Assembly (NCBI GenBank): GCA_002328025.1 | Contig: DCVE01000003.1 | Location: forward strand, 17,222 to 81,221 | Length of the DNA: 64,000 nucleotides | Direction: 5' to 3' | DNA from: Patescibacteria group bacterium UBA2196 | Lineage (GTDB): Bacteria; Patescibacteriota; Patescibacteriia; UBA2196 | Shown: positions 28,860-40,300 of the stretch, piece by piece | Numbering within the stretch: the stretch's first letter is position 1 | How the letters are laid out: each line of letters starts with the position of its first letter | Notes under the pieces: generated by a model | What the model was told of the DNA's origin: nothing | The model's input: only the letters and a program-made list of their open reading frames with translations | Database searches by the model: none | Program-made: the position numbers and the translations under genes

Positions 28860-30746
28860 TCACTTCTGCTCTTCTCCCAGCGAAGCATCAAATTCTTTTT
28901 TGGCTTCTTCAATTTCCAAAATCTGTCGCGGATCAGAGGTTATAATTTGGTCTTCAGTATAAGAAGCCACAATTTTTATGGCCGCATGTTTGGCACCGGC
29001 AAAAAATATACCTTCACCCACGCCCGATTCCAATAATAAATATTTTTCCCCTTGTGTCAAACGAAAAGTATTAGACACCACATCAATGGCCGAAGCGGTT
29101 TGTTTCAACAGAAACTGCAAAGCTGAATTATTTAAAATTGCCTGTCCATACGGTGAAGCCAAAAAATCATTTACATCCTGTGTGATGGTAGTGACACCCA
29201 AATAATACTTGCGACATCTTTTGACTAAAGCAAAAATAAATTTAGCCGAATCTTCGTGTTGCATCAACCACCACGCCTCATCAATAACCAAAATTCTTTT
29301 CTTTAAAACCGACCGTACTTTATTCCAAATATAATTTACAATGGTATAAATGGCCATTGGCCTAAGTTCGTCTTCCAAATCCCGCACACTATAAACCACC
29401 AACTGATTATTCACATCCACGTTGGTCGGATAATTTAATAAACCAGCAAAGGTGCCATTGGTATATTTGTCCAATTTTTGCGCTAATAAATCACCGCCTT
29501 CCATGTTGGCCAACACTTCCTGCAAATCCGACATAATAGGAAATTGAACACCTTCAACCAAAAGATTAGTATCGGGCGTAATATCTTTTTTGGCGTAAGT
29601 TTCAAGCAAAGCTCGGTCTAAAACCGAATCTTCAACATGCGACACCTCACCAATCATAATTCGTAATAAACCCTTTAGGGTAATAACGGCCGAACGAATG
29701 ATATCACCTGTACTGGTTTCTTCATCCATTGGTTTGGGTAGGTCAAAAGGATTAATTTTGGAATCAGAATTTAAAGAAATATTAACATATGTACCCCCGA
29801 CCGCCTCGGCCAAATATTGATATTCCCGTTCTGGGTCAATTACAATTACATCCGTACCCAACATTAAACTGCGCAAAACTTCCAATTTTATGGCATAACT
29901 TTTACCCGCTCCCGAAGTGGCAAAAACCACGGAATTGGCATTTTGCAAACTAAAACGATCAAACAAAATTAAAGAATTATTATGCCGGTTTATACCATAT
30001 AAAACTCCCGAATCAGAAGACAATTCGGCTGAGACAAAAGGAAAAGAAGAGGCGCACGGCGAAGACTGCATGTTAAACCCCACACTTAACTGATCTAAAG
30101 CCATGGGCAAAGTAGAATTGAAACCCTGTTCGGCTTGCCAATAAGCACGGCGCGAATACACCATCTTGGAACCAATTAAACTTTCAATTCTTTCCGTTAG
30201 CAAATTTAAATCTTTTTGATTATCAGCATACATGGTAATATACAGACCAAAATGGAAAAAATGTTCCACGCCCTGAGTCAGATCATCGCGCAATTGTTCG
30301 ATATCTCTAAGCGCCGTCTCGGTGTGCGGATCTCGCGGAGCGCCTTTTTCTGCATCGCCAGAAAGTTGCGCTTCTAAAACACCCACCTTGTCACGCAACT
30401 GTTTTAAAATTATTTTTGATTCCATGGGATAAAAATACATGGCAATGTCCAGAGTGGCTGAAAAATCAATAATTGGTTCAAACCAACCTACGTCAATATA
30501 ACGCGGGTAAGTGGTCACAAAAACAGTCCGCGTCCATTTGCCGCCCAGTTGTAAATAATTAGGCGCGACTTTAAATGAGGTTGGTGAAATTAAATCCAAA
30601 ATAGAAGCCGCCCCTTGACGATAGGCTTGTTCTGCCATCAAAAGTTCTTTTTCTGAAACCACCTTTTCAGTTTCGCTAGCCAGCTTCTTTTCCTCAGAAA
30701 CCTGTGGTGTTAAAGTTTGAATTTTGGGTAATTCTTTACCAAACAT
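28860..30746 (-). CDS. virB4: VirB4/TraC-like conjugative-type ATPase
   Basis: FPF...LYGINRHNNSLILFDRF, Walker A ATSGAGKS, VIDPEREY, INPFD, Walker B VIDEAW, RKY..TTITQD. Confidence 0.9.
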   Translation of the reverse strand: MFGKELPKIQTLTPQVSEEKKLASETEKVVSEKELLMAEQAYRQGAASILDLISPTSFKVAPNYLQLGGKWTRTVFVTTYPRYIDVGWFEPIIDFSATLDIAMYFYPMESKIILKQLRDKVGVLEAQLSGDAEKGAPRDPHTETALRDIEQLRDDLTQGVEHFFHFGLYITMYADNQKDLNLLTERIESLIGSKMVYSRRAYWQAEQGFNSTLPMALDQLSVGFNMQSSPCASSFPFVSAELSSDSGVLYGINRHNNSLILFDRFSLQNANSVVFATSGAGKSYAIKLEVLRSLMLGTDVIVIDPEREYQYLAEAVGGTYVNISLNSDSKINPFDLPKPMDEETSTGDIIRSAVITLKGLLRIMIGEVSHVEDSVLDRALLETYAKKDITPDTNLLVEGVQFPIMSDLQEVLANMEGGDLLAQKLDKYTNGTFAGLLNYPTNVDVNNQLVVYSVRDLEDELRPMAIYTIVNYIWNKVRSVLKKRILVIDEAWWLMQHEDSAKFIFALVKRCRKYYLGVTTITQDVNDFLASPYGQAILNNSALQFLLKQTASAIDVVSNTFRLTQGEKYLLLESGVGEGIFFAGAKHAAIKIVASYTEDQIITSDPRQILEIEEAKKEFDASLGEEQK

Positions 30747-30768
30747 ACAAGATAATTTATAGTGTCTT

Positions 30769-30828
30769 AATTTTAAAAATTAATTCATTGGAAATTGTTT
30801 AAAAATTAGAAATTAGAAATTGAAAATT
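30769..30828. repeat. Single arm of heptamer-repeat element
   Basis: Minus strand AATTTTC AATTTCT AATTTCT AATTTTT AAAC AATTTCC AATG. Confidence 0.75.
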
Positions 30829-30832
30829 TACT

Positions 30833-31513
30833 CTACTCTTCCACCTGCATTAAATCTGTGGACAACATTTTTTGCTGACTATAGACTTCCAAATTGTAAG
30901 TGTTATAAAACAATTCAATTAAACTTTGAGTATCTAATTGCACAGCCGAAACACCCATGGATGATAAACCAGAAACCACTCGATCAACCCTTTTTTCAAT
31001 CTGTTTTTTATAATCAAATAAAACTTTTTCACTCATTCGAATGGCAGAAACTGGCGACAGAGCATGACCCAAACGCACAAAAAAATTCTCTTTGGTTTCT
31101 CCGCCCGGAATATACGGCACCACAACATAAAACTTTTTTGACATAATATCCCCCAGTTCCACCAATTCTTTTATGTATTGTACATATTCCTTGGTTTGGA
31201 TACGCAGCAATTCGTTGGTTTGGACTTTTTCTTTAACTGCAATATCAGCCAAATATTTATCAATGTTTAATTTTCTGGACTGCACCACAATCTGCAATGG
31301 AAAATCAATAAAATTTAAAAAGTTAACATATTGGCTCACAATGCCTTCCTGCTCCTCCGCTGATTTTAAGGAAAAATTAATTGACGAAGCCAGTAATACT
31401 ACGCGGATAGAACCGTCCTTCATCAACAACATATCGGAACGAATTTCCGCTATTTCCATATATTGTTGGGTGGACGGTAATGTTGATTTTTGTTGAATTT
31501 CTTTGCCAGACAT
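30833..31513 (-). CDS. TrsD/VirB4-N-terminal-like T4SS accessory protein
   Basis: STQQYMEIAEIR, SSINFSLKSAEEQ, FLN.IDFPLQIVVQSRKLNI, KKFYVVVPY, LIELFYNTYN; between PrgI and VirB4. Start set at MSGKE because the upstream extension runs into the repeat. Confidence 0.75.
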   Translation of the reverse strand: MSGKEIQQKSTLPSTQQYMEIAEIRSDMLLMKDGSIRVVLLASSINFSLKSAEEQEGIVSQYVNFLNFIDFPLQIVVQSRKLNIDKYLADIAVKEKVQTNELLRIQTKEYVQYIKELVELGDIMSKKFYVVVPYIPGGETKENFFVRLGHALSPVSAIRMSEKVLFDYKKQIEKRVDRVVSGLSSMGVSAVQLDTQSLIELFYNTYNLEVYSQQKMLSTDLMQVEE

Positions 31514-31523
31514 AATAAAAATT

Positions 31524-31614
31524 AATTTACAATTTATAATTTTCAATTTCTAGATAATGTATTAATTATTTAATTTTCCATGTCTAAATTTTATAATATT
31601 AAAAATTAGAAATT
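31524..31614. repeat. Degenerate heptamer-repeat element
   Basis: AATTTAC AATTTAT AATTTTC AATTTCT AGAT AATG...AAAATTAGAAATT. Confidence 0.65.
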
Positions 31615-31617
31615 ATC

Positions 31618-32052
31618 TCACTCTCCTTTATACATTCCGCCAGTATCTACGATCAAAGCCAACTCAATTAAACGCGATGAAACTGGTCTAGCCTTAAAAG
31701 CCAGTTTCTCAATTGGCTTTCTTTGAGCGTTTTTTTCTCTTTCCAGTTGAAATTTTATTTCATCCAAAGAAATATTCTTATTCCAGACTCGCAAATTAGG
31801 CCTTTTAAAACTTTGAATTATATTTAACAAAAAAAGATGAAATGGTTGACCATTAATTCTTACAAAAGCCAAAACCAATGCCGGTGCAAAAAAAATGAAA
31901 ATAGACACAATAAAAGCTGAGGTTGAAATTCTAAAAACTATTATTTCCACCACCACCGCAATAATAACAATTAAAAACTGCCTAGTCGTAACAGACAGAA
32001 AAATTTTATTTTCTTCTTCAATAAATTGTGGCACCACAAATCTTGATGGCAT
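31618..32052 (-). CDS. PrgI family protein (VirB3-like)
   Basis: RFVVPQFIEEENKIF..VTTRQFL, two TM, INGQPF, RVW. Confidence 0.85.
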   Translation of the reverse strand: MPSRFVVPQFIEEENKIFLSVTTRQFLIVIIAVVVEIIVFRISTSAFIVSIFIFFAPALVLAFVRINGQPFHLFLLNIIQSFKRPNLRVWNKNISLDEIKFQLEREKNAQRKPIEKLAFKARPVSSRLIELALIVDTGGMYKGE

Positions 32053-32064
32053 AAAAAAGGTGTG

Positions 32065-32149
32065 GGGAATTTTGATGCCTTCGGCATATCAAAGTTCCCG
32101 TTTTTGCTACAAAAATCCAAGCAGTTGGATTTTTGCCTAACGCAAAAAC
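32065..32149. repeat. Intergenic double-hairpin element
   Basis: GGGAATTTTGAT-GCCTTCGGC-AT-ATCAAAGTTCCC, then GTTTTTGC-TA-CAAAAATCCAA-GCAG-TTGGATTTTTG-CCTAAC-GCAAAAAC. Confidence 0.7.
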
Positions 32150-33355
32150 TTAAAAATTTAACTGTTCGTTTAGATCGGCAATAGCTTCAAACTCTTCAGC
32201 CGAAAGCTGGTGGTGTCTTTGTAAAACCACTGCCACCCTCTCACTAGAAACCAAGGCCTCATTACCCACTGCTACATATTCTTGATAAATTGGCGATCTT
32301 TTCCACGCCATAATACCCTTGACCTTCTCTTCTACAGAATCGTGTTCTAAAATATTTATTTTTTCATAAATTTTATTTACCGCTTCTTTTGGCACGCGAC
32401 CCAAAACTCTAAACTCATTCAAAGAAATATTGGCCAGTTCCTCCAGCGGACCGACTAATTTGCGATCACCTGGCTGACGAACAGCAAAATATGCATCAGC
32501 GACTGGCACTTTAATTTTTGCTTCCGCAGATTTACTTTGTGGCGGAATAATTTCCTGCATTTTATTTGCCGGCTGCTGAAATATGGGTGATCTAACTGGC
32601 ATTGCTGACTTGGGTAAATAAATTTCAGGTTGATTTTCTTTTTCTTCTAATGGTGGTTTTTTAATATTCGTCACCATACTGCTGATAAACATTTTATCCA
32701 AAGCAACAATCTGTTCCTGAATTTTACTAGGATTAAGTTCGCCCAAAACCACGGCTTCTTTTTCAATTAGTTTGACCAACTCTTCTGCTTCGTTTATCAA
32801 AAAATTAAGACCGCCCTTGTCAACTTTTTTTACTAACGCTTCCTTGGTTTCCAACGTACTGCGCACAGCCCTAAGGCGTGAAATAATAATTTTTTTTAAA
32901 CGCAAACGGTCTTCAACAGATAAATTATTAACCGTCCCCTGTTTTAAGGCCAGCTCATTAATTATTTTCTCCGCCAGTAATCCGGCCAACTTATCTAAAT
33001 TATTTTTTAATTCATCTTTTTTATCATTTTGGTACTGTTGGGCCTCTTCCTCATCTTTAACATCAAAATAAAAAGCCGGCGCCGTTGATTTTTTTGTTTC
33101 TTGAGCCATGGGTGGCAAAACCTCTTCTTTTTTAATCACCGCAGCATTAACATTGGTATTTTTCTGCTGTACAAAAGCATTAACCGCCACCTCATCGGCT
33201 TTTTCCATTATAATTTTATTTTCCTGTTCAGCTGATACTTTATTATTTTCTTTAATTTCAAACTGTTTATCATTTAATGTTGAACCACCCGATGCAACCC
33301 CGACTGCCACGTTCTTAAAAGCTCCTGTTTTTGTTTTTATTAAAATGTTATCCAT
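32150..33355 (-). CDS. Conserved hypothetical cytoplasmic protein of the T4SS-like locus
   Basis: 401-aa ORF; RLKKIIISRLRAVRS...GGL and KLVGPLEEL...WKRSPIYQEY motifs. Confidence 0.7.
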   Translation of the reverse strand: MDNILIKTKTGAFKNVAVGVASGGSTLNDKQFEIKENNKVSAEQENKIIMEKADEVAVNAFVQQKNTNVNAAVIKKEEVLPPMAQETKKSTAPAFYFDVKDEEEAQQYQNDKKDELKNNLDKLAGLLAEKIINELALKQGTVNNLSVEDRLRLKKIIISRLRAVRSTLETKEALVKKVDKGGLNFLINEAEELVKLIEKEAVVLGELNPSKIQEQIVALDKMFISSMVTNIKKPPLEEKENQPEIYLPKSAMPVRSPIFQQPANKMQEIIPPQSKSAEAKIKVPVADAYFAVRQPGDRKLVGPLEELANISLNEFRVLGRVPKEAVNKIYEKINILEHDSVEEKVKGIMAWKRSPIYQEYVAVGNEALVSSERVAVVLQRHHQLSAEEFEAIADLNEQLNF

Positions 33356-33419
33356 ATTCTATAATTATATCACACAAAACGCCTTTTTGTGTATTTATCA
33401 CCCGAAACTAATAAAATTA

Positions 33420-34235
33420 TTATTCGCTCCACACAAATTTATTCTGTTCCTCATCCCCATACGCAATTTCCGCGTATTCCAACTCATTGTTTTTAGCAGC
33501 CAAAGCCGCCAAACCAGTTCCTATCATCGCCGAGTCTTGAGAAGCAACCCCCATTTTTTTCTCCGCAATCAAACGGATAAATAAAATAATAAATTTTTTC
33601 TGTGCCGGATTGGTTTTAAATTCTTCCCAGTCTTTTTTATCTGGTCGGTTATTTAAAAAATTTTGCATAAAAGAACCGTAACGTTGATCCGCACTAAAAA
33701 ATTTACGCACACCAGAATTAAATATTTGTCGCGACATACCACAAAAACGAATTTTATCACCACCATTAATGGCTTGGTAAAACAAATCTTTAAATTTAAC
33801 TTCATCACCAGAGGCTTCTTCCGTCACTCTTTTTTCCGCTGCCAAAATATTTTGAAAAAAAGACGAGGCTGTAAAAGCTTGATAAGCTGTTGGTAGATCA
33901 GTAATGGTTTTTAATTCTTCTTTTATTACTTTTTCTTCTACGTTTTTATGTTTAGCCCGATAAAGTTCGTCAATTTCATCATAAATTTCAATTAAAACAT
34001 TTTCAAAAAGTTCGTCATCAACCCTTTCTGCTTTATCCATATCATCATGAGAAATAAATAATAAAAATTTATGCCAATCCCTCACGTCAAACTCTAAGTC
34101 TTTCATTTGTTGCCAAACTTTTAAACAATTTTCTTTTTGGGCAACAGAAAAATTCTCGTCCAAAATGGTAATTACTTTGGCTTCAACCTCATCAGAATTC
34201 AAATAATTTAAAACTTGTTGATATTTTTCTTCCAT
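33420..34235 (-). CDS. Hypothetical protein
   Basis: 271-aa acidic helical ORF co-oriented within the operon. Confidence 0.7.
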   Translation of the reverse strand: MEEKYQQVLNYLNSDEVEAKVITILDENFSVAQKENCLKVWQQMKDLEFDVRDWHKFLLFISHDDMDKAERVDDELFENVLIEIYDEIDELYRAKHKNVEEKVIKEELKTITDLPTAYQAFTASSFFQNILAAEKRVTEEASGDEVKFKDLFYQAINGGDKIRFCGMSRQIFNSGVRKFFSADQRYGSFMQNFLNNRPDKKDWEEFKTNPAQKKFIILFIRLIAEKKMGVASQDSAMIGTGLAALAAKNNELEYAEIAYGDEEQNKFVWSE

Positions 34236-34254
34236 AAAGCTTGTTCTTATTATT

Positions 34255-37200
34255 TTATGTTAAAGGCTCAAAGCGTCCCAGCACTCGCTTGGCAATGGTT
34301 TCCATGGCTGTACGTGCGGCTGTTCTCTCTAAATCAGTTGATTTTGTTTTGTATTCCTCAAACTGTGCATCAAATTCATTTAAATCATTCAAGTATGTTT
34401 GATCATTAATCAAGCCCGCATAATCACCCAACTGTCGCATTGATTTAGCCAACCGCTTAATTTCTTTGGTTGTAGTGAGTTGAACACTTGTCGGTGCGCC
34501 AACTAGGTTTGGTATCGCAGCCTGATGTTGCGGACCTTTTAAAGCACCCAGATTTGTTTTCACCTTACTTGCAACTTTCATTGTCTTTTGTCTCACTTTT
34601 TGTCGTGCTGCAGGAGTATTTCTGTAACCCTTCTCCTCATTAATCAAAAATTGTTTGAATGTTTTTTTCCAATTGGAAGAATCTTGAATATCCATAATTA
34701 TACTATCTGTAGTGTTTATAACATCAGAACCTTGAGCATACATTAAATCATTAAATGCCTTATACATTTTTGACTTCTCAAACTCTTCTACTAATTCAGT
34801 GCCAGCATATTTTTGTCCGGTATCACTATTAATAAGGTTAATTTTAGAACTTTCTACTTTTTTTTCTATAGAATCAACTAATTCTGAAACTTTATTTTTT
34901 AAAATATCAGTGTTGGCTTGCGTTAAATTTTTAGCAGCTTCTTGTCTTGCTTCATAAATAAGATCTAAGGCTGGTTGTAAATCCATATCAGCAATTATTT
35001 GCTTTTTAACAGCCTCACCAACTTCTGTTTCTTCGTGAATACCCAAAACTCTTTCTTCTTTATCTTTTTGTGCCTCAGCTGTAATTATTTTCTTTCTTTT
35101 ATTCACTAAGTAACCAGGATCTTCTCTTTTTCCAACTCCGTTTGTAACACTAGCATTCAAGAAACCACTACTCCCAGTCCCAGGGGCTACCCTTGCCCTT
35201 CCCATTGTGTCAGACTCAGAAGCAACGTCAGCCCTAATTTCTCTTGTTTGAGGATTATAATTTTTCGCATCTTTCATTGCCACCAGTTCGTTTCTTAGTT
35301 TAACCATCTTTGCTCTTCTGGTGCTATCTTCTTCATTAGTACCAATAATTGTCTGATTATTAGCTTCATCATCAGCTAAAATATTATCTATCTGGTCTAT
35401 TATTTGGTTACGTTCAGTTGTACTCAAATAACCCAAATCTGTTCTATCAGCCGCCATACTGTAAAACTCATGCACAGCCTTATTATTACGCGGCAAAGAA
35501 GCCATGGCTTTAAGTTTACTACCATCAATTAAATCTTGGGTTTTAACATTTTTATATCCTTTTTTAACATTGGCCATTCTATCATCCTCGGTCAACTCCA
35601 CATATTCTCCCGACTTATTTATGCCAAAATTCCTCTTTAAAGGCACTGATTTATCACCAGCTTTTTCCTGTGTGTCCCAAGCTGTACTTAGATAACCCCT
35701 AAGGCGTTCTTTTCCAGCTTCTGTTTTCATTGTGCCCTCAAATTTTTCAAAGAATTTCTTGGTTTCTTCTGCTGTTAATTCCTGGCTTTTTGCCATTTCC
35801 ATCATGGCCGCAACAGCACGTGACAAATCTCCTTTATCGCGCGCTGCACCCAAAGCGTCTTTTCTTGTTTTTGAATTCTTGAAATCACCCGCATCTTCCA
35901 TATCTTTTTTCGCTTTCATTGCTTTTTGCCATTCAAATCTTTCTATCGCACCTTTACGACCACCCAAATATTCTTGCATTCTGGCCTTTTTCTTAGCTTC
36001 CTGCATTTCCGTGTGTTCCTTGTCTAAACCAATGGTACGACCAACCCAAGTTCTAGATCCACGTTGTGCTAATGCTGTTACACCCTGACCAACATAGCTT
36101 GCCTTTGTTTTTTTCCATGCTTTTCTTCCTAACGCCTGTGGTCGTCTTTGAATCCACTTACCCGCCCCTTCCAATTTCCCAAACGCTGTACCAGCAAAAG
36201 ACGCGCCAGCCACGCCCGATTGTGAGGCAATTTTCAAAGTTAAAAGTAACAAACCGCAAGTAACCAAATAGTCCACCAAATTTTGTGTACCCGAAGCCTT
36301 GCTGGCAAACGCCTGCCAAGACGGATCACTGGCTTGCACATTACCTTGGCTAACCGCACTCTTAAATTGTAAAGCCACAATATGTTTTTCTGCTGTCATT
36401 TCTGAAATAACCGCCAACGATAACCACAACATAAAAGCAACAATTGGACCTTGAATAAGATATTTAATAAATGTTGACCACCATTCTTTAACTTTTGATT
36501 CACCTTCACCGGGTAAAACTCCAGCCATAAAAGCTATAGGTGACAACATAACCAAAAACCATAAATACAAAATACGCCACAAAAGCATCATGACTAAAGA
36601 AATCACCACTAAAAAAGCCACCAAAACCATCAGCGCGCCCAAAGCCAATGCCCCCAAAACCGACCAATTATCCACACTACTTTCCAATCCGGCTCCCGCG
36701 CCTACACCACCGCGAGCTGTATTACGCACCGAGATAATGTCATTAATACCAAAACCATAGGTTAAATTGCCAGCCGCGGCCTCACGAAAAGCATTCACAA
36801 AAGTCATCATGAACACCTGCGCCAAATCAATACACAAACCAGCAATGGTTTTGGAAAAATTAATCAAAATTGCGGCCAATAAAAGTTTGGGCAACAGTGT
36901 TTGATATTGGTACGACTTGGCTCTCAGCACTGTATAAAAAGCCATCAATAAAAGCACTATAGTAATGGCAATATTACACACATCACGAATTACCACCCAA
37001 CCCTTATTGACAATTGGTGAATTTATAAAATCAGTATAGCTGGCCACCTGAATTAAAATTTCAATCGCCTTAACCAACAAATTACCCATGATATAGACGA
37101 AACTTTGAAACAACCAACTTAAAAGCGAAACCAAAATTGAACCCAGTGTGTTACTGGTATCGGCAAAAACAGAACGTGGAAACAAAATTAATATAAAGAC

Positions 37201-37257
37201 ACTTACCAAGTAGGGAAAGTATTTTTTATAATTATATTTTTTTAGAGTCAAAAACAT
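34255..37257 (-). CDS. VirB6/TrbL-like polytopic membrane protein with long charged C-terminal tail
   Basis: GWVVIRDVCN, LPKLLLAAILINFSKTIAGLCID, RILYLWFLVMLSPIAF..LP, WWSTF; G/A-rich linker then about 600-aa hydrophilic tail. Confidence 0.8.
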   Translation of the reverse strand: MFLTLKKYNYKKYFPYLVSVFILILFPRSVFADTSNTLGSILVSLLSWLFQSFVYIMGNLLVKAIEILIQVASYTDFINSPIVNKGWVVIRDVCNIAITIVLLLMAFYTVLRAKSYQYQTLLPKLLLAAILINFSKTIAGLCIDLAQVFMMTFVNAFREAAAGNLTYGFGINDIISVRNTARGGVGAGAGLESSVDNWSVLGALALGALMVLVAFLVVISLVMMLLWRILYLWFLVMLSPIAFMAGVLPGEGESKVKEWWSTFIKYLIQGPIVAFMLWLSLAVISEMTAEKHIVALQFKSAVSQGNVQASDPSWQAFASKASGTQNLVDYLVTCGLLLLTLKIASQSGVAGASFAGTAFGKLEGAGKWIQRRPQALGRKAWKKTKASYVGQGVTALAQRGSRTWVGRTIGLDKEHTEMQEAKKKARMQEYLGGRKGAIERFEWQKAMKAKKDMEDAGDFKNSKTRKDALGAARDKGDLSRAVAAMMEMAKSQELTAEETKKFFEKFEGTMKTEAGKERLRGYLSTAWDTQEKAGDKSVPLKRNFGINKSGEYVELTEDDRMANVKKGYKNVKTQDLIDGSKLKAMASLPRNNKAVHEFYSMAADRTDLGYLSTTERNQIIDQIDNILADDEANNQTIIGTNEEDSTRRAKMVKLRNELVAMKDAKNYNPQTREIRADVASESDTMGRARVAPGTGSSGFLNASVTNGVGKREDPGYLVNKRKKIITAEAQKDKEERVLGIHEETEVGEAVKKQIIADMDLQPALDLIYEARQEAAKNLTQANTDILKNKVSELVDSIEKKVESSKINLINSDTGQKYAGTELVEEFEKSKMYKAFNDLMYAQGSDVINTTDSIIMDIQDSSNWKKTFKQFLINEEKGYRNTPAARQKVRQKTMKVASKVKTNLGALKGPQHQAAIPNLVGAPTSVQLTTTKEIKRLAKSMRQLGDYAGLINDQTYLNDLNEFDAQFEEYKTKSTDLERTAARTAMETIAKRVLGRFEPLT

Positions 37258-37262
37258 TTTTT

Positions 37263-37392
37263 AAATATCAAATTACAAATTTCCAACGTTAAACTAATGC
37301 TAAATTTCAAATGTAAAAACTTTTCAACCTTTGATATTTAATCATTTGAAATTGATTGAAAATTTGGCATTTGGATTTTTAAATTTCTAATT
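37263..37392. repeat. Palindromic heptamer-repeat element (CAAAT variant, gene-less)
   Basis: AAATATC AAATTAC AAATTTC ... ATTTGAAATTG ATTGAAAATTTGGC ATTTGG ATTTTTAAATTT inverted arms. Confidence 0.7.
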
Positions 37393-37399
37393 TTTTGTT

Positions 37400-40300
37400 T
37401 TATCTTGGAAAAACCATAACTTCCACTCCGCTATTTTGCCAACTGGCCGGACATATACTACTGTTGGTGCCCCGCACACCATTATTGCACCAGCCCCAAT
37501 TATCTTTAATTTGCACCCGTGGTTCAAACAAACACGACCCATCACGAGCACTCCACCCCACACCGCCCTCTTGGCAAGTATATGTATGTGTCATAATATG
37601 CGGATCATTGAGTGTTGGATTGCTATTATATACATGCGGCGCAATACGCAAATTCACAATGTCATTAATCTTTCCATCACCCCAATCAACCGAAATACCA
37701 GTTAAAGGCAACTGATTAATATTGACATTAGAATTAAATTTGATGGTCACACCAATATTACCAGTCCCCACAACCCGACCTCTGGTTTGATTGTTGACAG
37801 TTAAATGATCAATGCCAGGTGCTGTGCCTTTGGTCGCCCGTGCATCCCAACAAGCATCACGTAAAGCCACACAAGTTGCATAATTTCGATCACTTGGACT
37901 GCCACAATCAACGCCAGAATTATACGAGCAAATTTGCGAATATTTATTATCATCAGCATACCAATACCAAACATTTAAACCGCGCGCAAAAAGATTAGAC
38001 AGTCTTTCTGTACCTTGTTTATAATCCCCAGCAATTTTTTGCTTTTGTCCCTCGCTCAATTTTATACCCATACAGGTGCCGGTTTGACCACTCAAACCAA
38101 AACCACAATCATAATCTTCAGTACAAGCCTTACCTAAACTTTCGCTATCGCCGGCTATACAGGTGGGCTCATAATTAATACCAGATTTGCCAACCACCAC
38201 AGCACACGCTCCTATCTGACTGTTTGTACTACAATCACCACTATTACTACATGGTTGATCCAATTTACCTGAATTAGTACAATATTTTTGCACCTTTTGA
38301 TCAATAGCAAACGGTGAACCAGCCCGCACTTGATACGGCGCCATATAACTGGAAGAAACTGCGGGTGGCTGTACAAATAATGGATCCGTCCATCTATCAG
38401 GAAAATTAGTATCTTTAGCCGGCGGCACTGCCGCGCCATACGGCGCATAATCCTGATTATAATTATAATTTAAAATATTAGAAGCATCATTCCAACCATT
38501 AGCCAAAATTTTATTTGACCACGCATAACCCTGACCATATGGATCAATAACTTGAGCTATAACATTGCAAGGTTCGCGTAGATAATAGGTCACACCATAT
38601 CTAACAAAACCAACATATCCGCCATGATTACACAGCCCTGCTTGCAAACCTCCATATTTACCAGCTTCAAAAACAGCGTGTACACCAAAAAAATCACTCG
38701 AAGTGCTAGTACAATTACCTAATATGCTTCTTATTTTATTCCAATCATCAAGATTGCTTTTTCCACCCAAAGACAGACTTGCAGACCAATTATTTTTTCT
38801 ATCCAAAACAAGATAAGCGTTATCATTATCTTTTTTACTGAAACAATGTCTATCCTTACCACCCTCTTCACATAATGGCGTCAAAACAATTCTTTCAATA
38901 TCAACTAAACGTAAATTAGCTTCTTCTACAGTAGCAATAGTAGTAATTCGACCACTACCACCTGTCCAACCGCAATGTGCTATGTCTGAAGGATTACTAG
39001 AATCACATTGATCATCCCAATTTTTATACATCAAATTCCAGGCTGCCGGTCTACCGGTCCCTAGCTCAGAATCTTTTATACCATCAGATATCGTCCCTGG
39101 ATTTCTGTGTCTTACAAACGGATAATTACCCGCCGCTTCCAAACAATAATACAGTGGTTTACGATCTTTGTAGCCCACCTGTGGATCGTTTCCAAACACA
39201 TCACTTTCGCCCGGAATAATATCCACCGGCCACCAATTTAAACATTGACTGGGTTTACCAGGATCAGGTTCCACACAAAATCCCTGCCAGCCATTATAAA
39301 GTTTACCACCCGACCAATCTGTGTATTGACAAGCCGGCGCACTGGAAGATGGATACAGACGGCACATACGCGCCACGTAACTCCCTTCTGCATTCGTACT
39401 CACAGTATTTTGCACATGCAAAACCGACTGTGCAGAGACATTATCAATATAAAACGCCTTGGAAAAACTGTCAGCCGCTGAATTATCGCTTCTAAGTTGG
39501 TTAAAAATAAGTTCAGTGTAACCAGCTGGCAAACGCACATCAATTTTTTTAACCGTACTAGTCCCCGCTCCACCAATTGAAAAAGCAGTATTATATAAAT
39601 TACGATAACTTACATTTCCAGAACCCACCTCAGTCGTGCGCGCTGCCAGCCGAATAGCTTTTGTTTCACCAGCCGTGCCAGCATTAAAAGCAATAACCAC
39701 ATCATTGGTGGCTTTAATTTCGCCCAACGGCACCATGGCGCCGGCATAAGCGTCACCGGTTCCCGTTAAGGCCGCCAACTGTTCTTTTTCTACTGCCACC
39801 TGTAAAAAATTATTGCCCGCATGCAAAATATCTTTCATTAAACCAATTTCGCCTAAACTGTTATTTTTCCACGGCCAGACATCACTTAATTCAAAATTAC
39901 CATTCGGCACATTAAAATTCTCGCCCATCGTATTCATTAAGGCATAATGTTTATAACCCTCAACCACCTTTATTCCACCCCAATCCATACCAACTTTTGA
40001 ATAGCCAGATAAATTTTTAAACTTTTTTTCGGCCGCCACAGCAGCCTGTTCTTTTTCAGTTGCAACTACGGTGTTTCCATAAACCAAATTTGGACTTGGA
40101 AAGGTCTGATTGGCGCTGGTTATGCCCAGCTGTCCTAAATTGGCCGCTACTTCACAGTCTTTGGTTTTGGGGTTTAAACGATTGCACAGACCTACATCAA
40201 AACACAAACTTTGATTTTGGTTAAGCGCGCTTTTAACTGTCACTGCACTACGACAATACAACCAAGTATCACACACTCGATCGCGTTCCACTTTTAACAC

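Noticed and set aside
28860-31620. Alternative genetic code 25 (TGA=Gly)
   Set aside because: virB4 and prgI end at TGA at their expected C-termini, and long genes are uninterrupted under code 11.
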